Source: the human T2T-CHM13v2.0 reference genome, Homo sapiens
DNA: 64,000 nt
Assembly (NCBI RefSeq): GCF_009914755.1
Contig: NC_060935.1
Direction: 5' to 3' (one strand)
Shown here: piece by piece, positions 28,461 to 40,360 of the stretch
Position numbering within the stretch: position 1 is the first letter of the stretch
Layout of the letters: every line of letters begins with the position of its first letter
Made by a program: the position numbers and the translations under genes
The notes under the pieces: model-generated
Told to the model about the DNA's origin: nothing
Database searches by the model: none
What the model saw: the letters and a program-made list of their open reading frames with translations, nothing else

Positions 28461-31400
28461 TAAAATGAGAGACTTCCCTGATCCTCCTCACAGGAAGTGT
28501 GACAGGGGTGTGGCTTGCCTGTTTGGCTGCCACCAAGCAAGCCACCACTGCTCAAACCCCTGACAGGAGGGTGAGCATGGAGATGAGCAGTTGCAGGAGC
28601 CAGAATGTGTGCTTTGGTCTCCAGCCCCATGGTAGTGTCCAGGGGTGGGTGCCTGCAGCCCCAGTGTTACAATGCTCTTTTAGCCTTGCCATCTGCAGAG
28701 GGCTTAAGTGTTAACCAGCTCAGTGAATCCTCTGCCTACCCACAAGGGCAAACGGCCAGTGTGACAGCTTTCTGCATCCCGAGCTCTTGTCCAGCATCCC
28801 AGAAGAATCAGGTCACACATGAGCTTGAAGGGTGAATGTGTAGTTATTGAAGTGGTTCTCAGTGGGATGGATGGAGAACTGGAAGGGGGAAAGAGTAAGA
28901 GGATGACCTTCCCCTGGAGTTTTGGCCATACATTGGCCAAACTCCTCTTCGATTGCCCCCAGCTGAACTCCTCTTGCTGTTCAGTCATTCCTTTTCTTCT
29001 CTCTCTCTCTCTGCCACACCATTCTGCCATTTGTCTTGTTTGTCTCCTTGTCTCGTCTCATCTGCTTCTGAAGCCTGGTGTTTGGGGTTTATATGGGTTG
29101 AGGATAAGGGGGGGCATGGTGGGCCAAAAGGCAATATTTTGGGTGCAAAAACAGAAATGCCTGTTCCTACTTAGGGCCATGGGTCTCCAGGCTTGAGAGT
29201 TAGGCCTTTGCCAGGGTACTGCCCTCTTCTACCCAGTATTTCCCTGTCTCCTGTCCATATCATTTCCCCCTCTGAGTAGGCACATCTAACTGCTGCTAGA
29301 ATATGGGCGATGACCAATCTTAGCTACTTCTTGTTGACAGGGGGCATAGTTTTGGGGAAAATGGCAGTCAGATTCTTCCCAGAGGTCTATCTAAGAGTCC
29401 CTGGCAAAGGGGAACCATCGTCTGAGGGTCAGATTGCCTGACTGTTTGAAGTTTGATGGCCTCTATGTGAGAGAGAAAAAAAAAAACAAGTTTTGTAAGG
29501 TTAAGTGTGCATGCGTTAAATGTGTATTATACAAGGAAAGAATCTAGTGCCAAAGATTACAGAAATAAGAAGTGTACAGAATAAGAATGGTAATTATTCT
29601 AAAAACACTATTGTGCCCCATGGTATAGAACAGAACAAAGGTAAGAACAGCAAGCATAGGCAACACTATAAGGAGGATATCCATGGAAGTTAAATTCATA
29701 ACACTTATCTTTTGTGATTTTTAGCTTGAGGTCCATGATCTCTTCACATTGGTACTTTGGGTGCTCTTCTGGGTCAACGGCGGTGACTCCATCACCTTCC
29801 CAGGCCTTTACTCAGGTATAATGAATTCAAGAGTCTATTTCTGTGACCTTCACTGCCCTAAGAGTAGAAAGAAGAAAAGTGTAAGGTCCCTCTCAACCTA
29901 GGCCTATAGAGGAAGAAAAGGAAGGAAATGCCTTTACTAGCACTAGGGACCCTAAGTTAATAATAGAGGTCGCCCTGGTTCATGGGATTGGGCCTCTGAC
30001 AATTGTTGCAGTTTCTGTTGGAAATGGGCCAACGAGGTTATGTATTTAATTAAATCAGAGGTTTCTTGGTCTAGAAAGAAATAATTGGTGAGAAAAGGCT
30101 GTCCATACATCATTTCAAAGAGACTCAAACCCAGCTTTGAAGGAGTGTTTCTAATATGTAGCAAGGATATGGGGAGAAGGGTAGTCCAGTAGAGATGAGT
30201 TTCCTGAGAGTTTCTCAAAGAGACTCAAACCCAGCTTTGAAGGAGTGTTTCTAATACATAGCAGGGATAAGGGGAGAAGGGTAGTCCAGCAGAGACGAGT
30301 TTCCTGAGAGTTTCCTGAGGTACCTTTTGATAATATCATTTGTCTTTTCTACCTTTCCTAAGGACTGTGGTCTCCAGGCACAAAAAAGATGGTACTGTAT
30401 ACCTAGTGCTTTTGAGACCCCCTAGGTGACAGTCACCTTGAACAAAGAGCCATTATCACTCGGGAGGCACTTAGGGAGTCCAAAGTGAGGAATTATCTCA
30501 TTGATTAGTACTTTTATCACCTCAGAGGTTTTCTCTGTCCAACATGGAAATTCTTCTACCCAGTTAATGAAAGCATCTATCCATACTAGGAGATTCTGGA
30601 TGCCTCTTGCTTTTGGCATATGAGTGAAATCCATTTGCCAAAAGGTAGCCTTTGTCCTCTGGGTTCCTGAGGGAAGAAGCCATCAATTAAGAGGATTGTT
30701 TTTAAAGCAGGTCTCACAACATTATCGACCTGTTTAATTGTTTGTGTAAGGTTTTTGCCTGAGAACAATCTCTGAGAGAGTTGATAAGCTTTATTCTTAC
30801 CTAGGTAGAAGGACTGGTGAAGGCTTTTAAGAGTTTACCATTGGTTGGCAGCTGGTATATGAAGCTTGCCATTGTCTGATTGTAGCTATCCTGGGGACTG
30901 AAGGATGTTTCCCCAAGAGGTGGCCCATTATATTTCCACAGGAGAATATTGAGGTTTTATTTCTCTTATGGGTCCCTCCCAGATCAGTGGGGCTTCAAGT
31001 GGGTCAGAGACCTGGGCCCCCCTTACTGATGGATTTAGCTCCTTGGTCTGCCAGCCTATTTCTCTTGGCTATTTCATCCATCCCTCTTTGGTGGCCTCTA
31101 CAATTTATTACTGCCACTTTCCATGGGAAGAAAGCTGAGGATGATAGTCTGTAAATTTCCTAATGGTATTTAATGGGAGACCCATTAGCTGTAAGGAAGT
31201 TCGTCTCTTTCCAGATAGTGGTATGGGCATGGAGGACAAGGAAAGCATACCTAGAATCTGTATAAATGTTAACTGTTTTTCCTTTGCTTAATTCAAGCAC
31301 CCTCATGAGAACAATTTTTTCAGCCAGTTCTGCACTTTTGCCAGAGAAGAGATGTGCACTCTCAACAAAATCACTCAGGGTAACTATTGCATACCCTACT

Positions 31401-34400
31401 TTATGGGTTTCTTATTCTACAAAAGAACTCCTATCTGTAAAGAGAATCCAGTCTGAGATCTCTAAGGGGGTTTCCTTGAGGTTCTCTCTGGCTGCATAGG
31501 TTTGTGCTATTTGTTCACAGTCATGTTCAGGTTCCTCAGCTTCCTCTGGGAGGAAGGTGGCTGGATTTAGGGAGCGACAGGTTTTTAATTGGACTGCAGA
31601 TCCTTCTAATAACAGAGCTTGATACCCAAGGAGGCAGTTGTCTGATAGCCAGAGACTCCCCTTAAAAGATAGTAGTCCTGCCACATTATGTGAGGTATAG
31701 ACAGTTAAATTATTCTCCATGGTTAACTTAGTAGCCTCTGGTACCAGCAAGGCCACTGCTGTGATTGCCCAGAGACAGGCTGGCCATCCTTTGGCTACCA
31801 AATCAAACTCCTTACTCAGGTAGCCTACAGGCTTCTGGGCTGACCAAAGGCCTGTGTTAGAACTCCCACTGTCATTTCCTTTCTCTCCGACACAAAGATT
31901 AATCATTTTTCCTATGGGGAGACTAAGGGCTCGTGCCTTAAGCAAGACTTGTTTTACTCAGTCAAAGGCCTTTCTAGCCTCTGATTCCCATATTAGACAG
32001 TGAGGTTTAACTGCCTGAGTCTCCTTTCTTAGGTGTTATAAGGGACAAGCTATTTCACCATACCCAGGTATCCAGGTCTGCAGAATCCTGCAATGCCTAA
32101 GAATCCCCTCAGTTGCTTGAGGGTTGCGGGAAGGGAAAATGGAAAATGGGTTTAATTTTCTCTTCACCCAACACTCTTGTGCCCTCTGAGAACACCAGGC
32201 TTAGATACTTCACTGAAGCATGACAGAGACGAGCTTTAGATTTTGAAACCTTATATCCTCAGTTAGCCAGAAAATTAAGAAAAGCCTTACTGCCCTCCTG
32301 AGAGATTTCCTCAGTTGGAGCACAGAGAAGAAGGCCATTGACATATTGTAAAACTTTAAACTAAGGATAAAGGACAGAGGATTATTGAGGTCTCTCAATA
32401 ATCCCTGCCCAAACAGGTGGGGGCTGTCTCAGAAGTTCTGAGGTAACACCGTCCAGGGTGGTTTGGTTAGAGGGATCCTCAAATGCAAACAAATACTGAG
32501 AGTCAGAGGGTAATGGTATGCAGAAGAAGGCATCCCTTAGGTCCAGCACTGTGAACCATTTAGTTCCCTCAGATGTTTGAGCTAGCAGGGTATACAAATT
32601 GGGAACCACTGGGTGTATTGGAACCACAGCCTCATTAATGATATGGAGGTCCTGAACTAGTCCCCATTCCCCTTTGGGTTTTTGTACCCCCCAATATTGG
32701 GGTATTGCAAGGGCCATTTCAGGGTTTGAGGAGGGCTTGCCTCTTCAAGTTATCAATGATGGCTTCTAGTCCTTTCCTGACTTCTGGTTTCAGGGGATAT
32801 TGTTTCTGGTTAGGAAAGGAGGTAAGATCCTTAAGATGGACCTGGACCAGTATGGTGGTTGTGGCTCTGCCAATTTTCCCTCGAGTTGCCCAAACTTTTG
32901 GTTTAAAATGGTCTCCACTAGGGGCAGACAAAAAGTTTGCACAGGGGCCATCAGGATGGGGTCCCCATATGAACCAGAATATCCCCACCCAACAGAGGAT
33001 TTGGGCTTTCCAGCATAATTAGAAAAGCATGGGTGAACCAAAGGTCTCCCCAGCTACAACTAAGTGGTTGGGAAAAAGATCAGGTTAAAGGCCTTTCCTG
33101 ATATGTTCCTCATGGTCTTACTAAGAGAGGAGAGAGGGTCCATAATGGGGAGGAGAACTGAGAGACTAGCCCCAGTGTCCTAAAGATGGTCTACTTTTTT
33201 CCCCTTCAATTTCCAGAATTATCTGGGGCTCTCGGATGATAATAATGGTCTGGAACACCAGACTCAAGAAGAAGAGCCCCAGGACCTGTCAATCCTACTG
33301 CTGGTGTCCCCAATGACAATCTACCCTCCAGGTTTCCCCACGACAGATTGGACAGGTCAAAGTGGCTTCCTTATGCTGCCTGGGCAATCCTTCTTCAAAC
33401 GCCCTGGCTTGGCCCATCTGTAGCAGTTAACAAGTGCACCCTGGGAATTCTGGGTTTGTGGGCTTGCCTGGCATCCATTAAAGCCTCTGTCTCTTTTCTG
33501 TATTTCCTCTCTCTCTCTCTCCTGGGCACCCCTATCTCTATTGTATAAGACTGACATGGCTACTTGCAGGAGGTTCTGTAAAGTATTATCTGGTCCCAGG
33601 GCCTGTTTTTGCAGCTTCCTCCTGATATTAGGGGCTACATGAGTAATAAATTTATGCTTTAGGGTTAGTTTTCCATTTGACTGAATCAGAAGATAGAGAG
33701 GTGTGCTTTATCAAGGCCTCTCTTAGCTTTCTCAGGAAGACAGTGGGATTTTCATCAAATCCCTGGTCAATCATGGATAACTTAGTATAATTGAGAGGCT
33801 TAGTCTTAGTCCTATGTAATCCCTCCATTATGCACACCTGAAAGTGTCTCCTCTTCCAGCCTCCCGTCTTGTCATTGGGATCTCATTTAGGTCATCCATT
33901 GGTACTGCTTCTCTTCCAGTTAGAGGATTTCACCCCCTTCCCTGATGCTATATGTGATAAAAAGTTCATCCCCAAATCTCTCTGCTGCTTGTAGAGTGGC
34001 CTGCTTCCCAGTCTTTATCAGGGTCTAATTCAAAAGTAACATAACATCTCTCCAGGAGAGTTCAAATTATTCAGTGAAATTCTGGAAAGCCTCTATATAT
34101 TGATCAGGGCCATCTGAAAACTTGTCGAGATCCCCCTTAATTTGCCTTAACTCTTAAAAGGAGAAGGAGACTTGGACCTGACTGAGGCAAAATTAACCAG
34201 GCATCTGTTGGAGGGGCAAGAGTGAGACTAGGACTTGTCTATGGTGAGGATTTCTAAGCGGGGGCAAGTGTAAGGCTGAAGTTGGATAGGGAAGTCAGGG
34301 CCGACCTGGAGGAACAGGGCTGGAAGGAGCTGGCTCCTCTGCTAGGGGTGTCTCTGGAATTTGTATTTTTAGTTTCCTTGGCTTGCCCCTTGCAGCCTTT

Positions 34401-36885
34401 CCTGAGATGGTTAACATGAGGGCTGGATTAATCCTACACTGTCAGCGAAGGCCTGGGTTGTTCTGCAAGTTACAGAAAGCCTGCAAATATGGGGCCTCAG
34501 ATCATCTGTCTGCACATCTACAGAAAAGATAACACTGCAGGATGGTATTGAAATAAATTGTTCCTTCCTAAGGCAGATCCAGTCCTTCATAATTTCACCA
34601 AACCTCTGTGCAGAGGGCTATGAGGCATTTTTCTTCCAGATTCTAAGGGTCATAGCAGTCCCAGTGGTTCAGGATAGACTCCAAAGGAATATAAGCAAAG
34701 GGTGATGAAAAGAGCTGGTTGCCCATTCAGAAAGACAAGGAAATAGAGGTGACTCTCATTTCCCTTCCTTCTTTCAGTGAAAACTCAGAGTGTGAAGAGA
34801 GAGAAAACAAGTGTCCCCTTTTTCTCTTCCATCTTTTGTCCCTGAGTCCTGGAGACCTTGGCAGCTCCCACCCATGGGTGCCAATGCGACATGTACCCAT
34901 GATGCAGGGAAGGCCTAGAGAATAGGAATTATTTGCCCTCACCTATGCCTCCATCCTCCCTACTGCTGGCAACCTTTGAGATCCCTGGGCTCATTTATGT
35001 TATGGAGCATGGCCTCCTTCCATGTGGTGGGGGTTTAGTCAGCAGGAATTGGTCCTGCCCATTCACATTGTGCCTGTTGCCTGGCTTTGACTCCCTCAGA
35101 TCTGGTTTTCCTTTCTAAGGATTCAGCCTGAAGCTTGGAATCGAATTTGAGACAAAAAAAAAAAAAAAAAAAAAAAAAGGTATTTCAGGGGCTGTCTGTA
35201 TCTGTCTAGATGGTCTCAAATTAGCCCTGTTGAATTTGCAGTTATCAGCCAGCAGGGGTCGCTCCTCTATTATTTTTCCTATCATAAGCAGCGTGCTGGG
35301 GATAGGAGCCCTCTCATTTAGAAAAGAAAAAAATAGTTTAAGAGGCAAAAGTGAGAGGTCCTGGGGGAAAAACACCTTGCTCAGTGCAAACAGGTTCCTT
35401 TATCATTGTATCCTTCACCTGGTTCAGACCAGGGTGACCTTCTTGGTCAGGGGAGGAAAAGTTCCATCGGCATGGCAGGCGGGAAGTGCTGGACAGCTAG
35501 CCACATGAGGCCCCGGCAGCAGTTGTGATTTTCTCCCACCCCTCGTGGCCATTGGGCATGGCTTATGCATGCTGTCGACATGCCCAGGCACCCAAGCCAG
35601 GAAGGGAGTGGGCGAGGAGAAGAGGTGTCATGCGCTGCGCGTCTGTGACTGTCAGGTTCAGGATGGGGATGGTACCTCTAAGAATAAACAGAAACCACAT
35701 TGTTCTGAATTTCACCTTTGATGGCTGCGCCAAATGCTCATTATATTTAGTATCATTGTCGCGGTTTGTAGCAAAACCCTTAACATTATCAGGGAAGAGA
35801 TAAGAGGCATTTCAAACCTTGAGAGAAGTAAAGACACCAGGCAAAGTCTGGGAGTCTTGGCCAACGGAGTTGAGTCTTGGGGCCTTCCAGAAAAAAAAAA
35901 AAAAAAAAAGCCCTTCGGTTGCCCTAGAGCTTTACTCCAGTTCTGTGGTGGATAGACTTCTCTGAAGAGAAATATAGTCAATGTTCTTTTTGTCTGTAGG
36001 AAAGAGAGAGGTGGCAGGGTCTTGGAAAAGACACAGATCCTCATTTTAACTCACCCTTCTTTGTATCCCAGATGGGGCCCCAAATGAAATGGGAGAGTTC
36101 CCTGATTCCCTTTGCAGGATATGCGATAAGGGTGTGGCTCACAGGTTTGGTCACCACCACTGGTCAAACCCCTGATAGGAGGGAGACGGGGAGCACGCAG
36201 ATGGTCAGGTGCAGGAGCTGGGGTGAGTGCTTTGAGCTCCGGCCCCACAGGAGTGTCTAGGGGTGGGTGCCTGCTGCCGCAGTGTAAAAATGCTCTTTTA
36301 GCCTTGCCATCTGCAGATGGCTTAAGTGTTAACCAGTTCAATGGACCGTTTGCCTTTTTGCAAGGGCAGAGGGCCAGTGTGGCAGCTTTCTGTATCCCAA
36401 GCTCTTGCCCAGCATCCCAGAAGAATTGGGTCACACACAAGCTTGAAAAATGAATGCAGGGCTTTACTGAGTAGTGGAGGTGATTCTCAGCAAGATGGAT
36501 GGGGAGCCGGAAAGGCGATGGAGTGGGAAGATGATCTTCCCCTGGAGTTTTGGCCATCCAGCAGCCAAACTCCCCACAACTGCCCCCAGGCGAATTCCTC
36601 TCGGCATTCAGATGTTCCTTCTCTTCTCTCTCTCTCTGCTGTGCCTTTCTTCCATTTGTCTTCTGTCGTCTCCTCATTTCTTTGTCTGCCTCTGGAGTCT
36701 GGGGTTCAGAACTTATATGGGTATAGGATAGGGGGGCATAGCAGGCCAAAAGGCCACTTTTGGAGTACAAAAACAGAAATCCCTCTTTTCACTTATTTCT
36801 GGCGGGTCTCCAGCCTTAAAGGTGGGGCCTTTGCCAGTGCACTGCCCTCTTCTACCCAGTATCTCTCTGTCTCCTGTCCATATCA
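28461..36885 (-). mobile_element. ERV1 provirus with LTR1-like LTRs and tRNA-Pro PBS (HUERS-P type); degraded gag-pro-pol, no recognisable env
   Basis: LTRs at 28461-29262 and 36085-36885, PPT 29263-29273, PBS 36065-36082. Gag MGNQ at 34726 and capsid-like 33652-33837, protease DTG 33171-33179, RT VLDLRDAFF, RNase H 31412-31945, integrase 30422-30634. TSD CTAT at 26332 and 36886. Confidence 0.92.
36065..36082 (-). promoter_or_regulatory. Primer-binding site, tRNA-Pro-like
   Basis: Minus strand TGGGGCCCCATCTGGGAT matches TGGGGGCTCGTCCGGGAT at 14/18 and lies 2 nt from the 5' LTR. Confidence 0.75.
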
Positions 36886-38299
36886 CTATACTCACTACCT
36901 GGGTTAAGGAATCATTCACATCCCAAACCTCAACATCTTGCAACATACCCATATAACAAACCTGTGCATGAAACCTCGAATCTAGAATAAAAATTGAAAT
37001 TATTAAAAAGTAAAATAAAATAGGAAACATATTCACATTATAAACCAATGCTGCTTTTTTTAAATAGATAAGCTCTTTAAGATTGGAAAATATAATAGAT
37101 ATAGCTCCTAAGGCTAAAAATTGCTTCCCAAGAGATACTGACACTATATTAGTTTTAAAGTTTCTGACCACCATTCAAGCAGAAAGGAATTAAATGAAAA
37201 CACTCTCTCTGTAAAGATAGTTAGGGAGATGCCAAATCACAAAGAAAATGTTGTAACATTTTTCTAGAAGTTATCTAGTGTTATCTAGATGTTATGGATG
37301 GTTAAGTAGTTTCTTTATTGGCTCTGAATAATGGTGTGACTCATCCTGCCACCAGGAAAGATGAATGTCCTCACTAATATGGAACATAAAGGTGAGGAAA
37401 ATACTTGCTCAACATTGGATTCCCAACATCCACCATATTCTCAGCACATTGTAGTATCTGAATAAACATCTGTGGAAGAAATAAATGGACAAAGGAAAGT
37501 GGAAAGGAAAGACCAGAAATCTAGACAGAGCATTCTCACAGGGATTGAGAGAAGTCAGCTGCAGTCCAGCACAGCTGTCTCTGGGTTGAAAAGTGAGGCA
37601 GCAACAAGAGCTTTGCCCAAGCTTACTGGGTGAAGCAACTGCCTATAACAACATTGAACAGTGTTATTGTAAATAAACACACAGAAAGTACATGTCTGTC
37701 ATTTTATATGCAGAAAGGTAGAATAAAAGAGCAACAGGATAAATGTGAGCAGGTTAATTCCCTCAGCTCCTCAATGTCTTAACGTTATAAGTTTTTCAAT
37801 ACACAGTTTATGGAATAAAATATGTGAAACCAGCTTGGTAGCTTGAGCAAGCTATCAGGAACCTCCAAGGATTGTTGGGTTTTTATTACTAATGTTTCTT
37901 TTTGAATTTTGAGGTCAAGTTTGTGGATGTGTATGCGTGTATGTATGTGCCACAGAAGACATAGGGACAGAAGGGTCTAATGCAATACAGGAAGTATAGA
38001 CACCAAGAAGAACATGGGCAGAGCTGTCACTTAGCCTAGAGGAGTAGTGGGTAATCTTGGCAGTGGATGCATGTGTGAGGCCTCCATCATTCCTCACCAG
38101 AAAAATTACACATTTCATGGATTAATCCTCAACACCTGACACATGATTCTTTGCATAGATAACTTAACAGTACAGTTAAGAAAGAAGTCAGGCTGATGCC
38201 AAGGATATTGATCCTACTGCCAATATCGTACTGCCAAGGATATTGGTGCTCAATCTTCTATGAGGCAGAAGATAATGGTTATCTATCACTACAGTGAAT

Positions 38300-40360
38300 G
38301 GGGAAGTGATTTGGGGGGATAGTAAACATAACAGTACATCAGAATTATTCCAGGTGGAGTGGAATGGAGTGGAATAGTGCCACTCTATAAGACTTAGATT
38401 AGGTAGTGGTCCTCATTATATTGTTACAGGATCCTTGGGGTGTTGCTTTTCTGGCCTGAAACCTCTGGCTAGTGGCACCTTTGCCTGAGTTTTGCTTGGG
38501 CCCACTGGGCTCATTCCACCAACTCGGTCTGGCAGGCTGCACTCAGCTTACACTACCAGCCTGGATCCCACTCCTGCCAAGGGCAAGTCAGGCATGGAGT
38601 GGTGAGGGGTGTGTGAGCAAGCGTAGGGTCCAGCAACTGCACAGTCAGATATGCTGGCTGCCACAGCAAAGCAGGAAGCTCTAGGTGCTGGCACAGGAAC
38701 TGGCTCTCTGTGAGGCTGTGTCTGGACCAGGCACACTACAGGCAGCTTTCCTGGCTGGCACCAGGGAACTTAGTGGCACCTGGAAGCTTGGAGATGCCAG
38801 GCACCACAGGACCCCATAAAGGAAGGCACAGCCTTGGCTCAGGAAGCTCCTAAGTCTGTGCTCCCAAAGAGGCTGAACCTCTTCTTTCCTTCTCTTCACC
38901 CACAACCTGGCAAGTAAGGGGCATGTTTCAGCTCCATTTGTGTTATAGCTTCTTTAGCTCCACCATTCAGTGGGTCCTGAGTTCTTGTCCTGTGACCAGG
39001 AAGAATCTGGTACACAGAGAAATGGAGGGTGAGCAAGATACAGAGGAGCTTTATTGAGCAATAGAACAGTTCACAGCAGACTTGCATGGGGTAGTACCTT
39101 TCTGCAGTCAGGGTGTCCTGATGAGTGTTCAGATCCTAGCACAGAGGAGACCCTGGAGTGGGAAGCTTCTCTCTGCAGGCAAGTTATCCTGTTGTCTTCC
39201 CGGCTCTCAGCAGACAGCAGGCCCTTGAGTGGGTAACTTCTCTCTCCTGGTGGTCATCCTGATGTCTCCTGCTATCAGCAGAGAGGGTAGCTGCTCTATG
39301 CACCTAGTCGTCCCATCATCTGCCAAGCTCTCTCTGAGCACGGGGCTTTTATGGGCCTCAGATGGGAGAAAGCGCATGGTGATTGGTCCATGAGCAGCCA
39401 TGGGTAGGCCCAGAAAATACGCCACAAGATCTCCCTCTGGTCAGTGGGAATCGCAGCCAAGCCCAAGTCTTCTGGCCCTCCCTGGCCTGAACATGGGGTG
39501 CACCCTTCTGCCCAGGAATCTGGCTACATCCTGCTGCCATTCATAGCCCCTGGACTTGGTACTGACTTTGCTCTGAGATCAGAGTGGGCACCCACAGCAG
39601 GGAAAAGCCAGGCAGTGAGAGCAGGCATTTCCAAGTCTGTGGGGTCAGTGGGGCCTTCCTGGGACCTCAAGAGTGGAGGGATGCCTGAGTCTGCAGCTGT
39701 GGTTTGGGTGGTTGCAGCTGCACAGGGTTGGGGGGAGAAGCCAGGGATCCTGCCCTCTCTGTGGAGCAAGAGGCCCTTTGCAGCCATGGTTTGAGCAGCA
39801 GCAATGACACCCAGGGAGCTCTCACCCTAATTCGAAAGGGGCAGGGCTCCCACTTGTCCCCAGCTTCTGCTGGGCCCACGGAGCATGCAGCCCCAGCCAC
39901 ACCTCCCTGCTGCAGCTGGTGTGATGGAAGCAACTGGCCACCAGGAGCAGCCGCGGCCATCAATATCCCCAATTAATCCACCAATCCAGGAACTATGAAA
40001 CCCACACTGATTATGGCAGAAAATAGACTATTACAATCTTAGCCTAATGGAAGCACCAATCTAGCTGCCATCCCAGATGTGCAATTGTTACTGGAACAAA
40101 CAGCCTCTAGAAGTATTCACTGGCACTAATTTGGAAATGTGTTCTTTTCCACACTTATCAGGAAGCAAGTTCAGAAGCAACGTACATTCTCCTAGCATAG
40201 CCATCCCCAAACATTCCCCCAAATTCCCAGGGCTAGCTGAACTCTCCTCAGCCACAGCGTAGCCTGTGGGACCTTGATCATCGGGAAAACTCTAGAACAT
40301 TGCTCTGGTCCACTATATTGATGACATCATTGGACCTGAGGAAGAGGAAGTAGCAAGTAT
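38300..40360 (+). mobile_element. ERVL pol remnant, unit 2 copy, split by MER52
   Basis: HYIDDI encoded at 40311-40328, with upstream PPIQ/DYYNL/PDVQLLLEQ homology to ERVL RT. Confidence 0.72.
38422..39962 (-). mobile_element. MER52-family solo LTR (about 1.54 kb)
   Basis: TG...CA ends, GC-rich, perfect 4-bp TSD ATAT (38418-38421 / 39963-39966). Empty at about 10553 and 57760. Confidence 0.85.

Larger units (their letters stand above)
23286..37016 (+). mobile_element. L1PA15/16-like element, unit 2 copy, split into 23286-26335 and 36886-37016 by THE1/ERV
   Basis: Same 5' junction as unit 1. TSD ACAATAAGGAATAT (23272) / AAAATAGGAAACAT (37017). Confidence 0.9.

Noticed and set aside
36051-36907. 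239-aa and 193-aa ORFs
   Set aside because: They lie within the GC-rich 5' LTR, are not preserved in the other two LTR copies, and show no protein motifs.
37115-37235. O/E-like sites TCCCAAGAGA and TCCCAGGAGA (56477) downstream of the L1
   Set aside because: Degraded in unit 1, located in the ancestral 3' flank, and with no supporting exon signal. Short motifs like these arise by chance.
38472-39976. Cluster of overlapping ORFs
   Set aside because: Chance ORFs in the GC-rich MER52 LTR.
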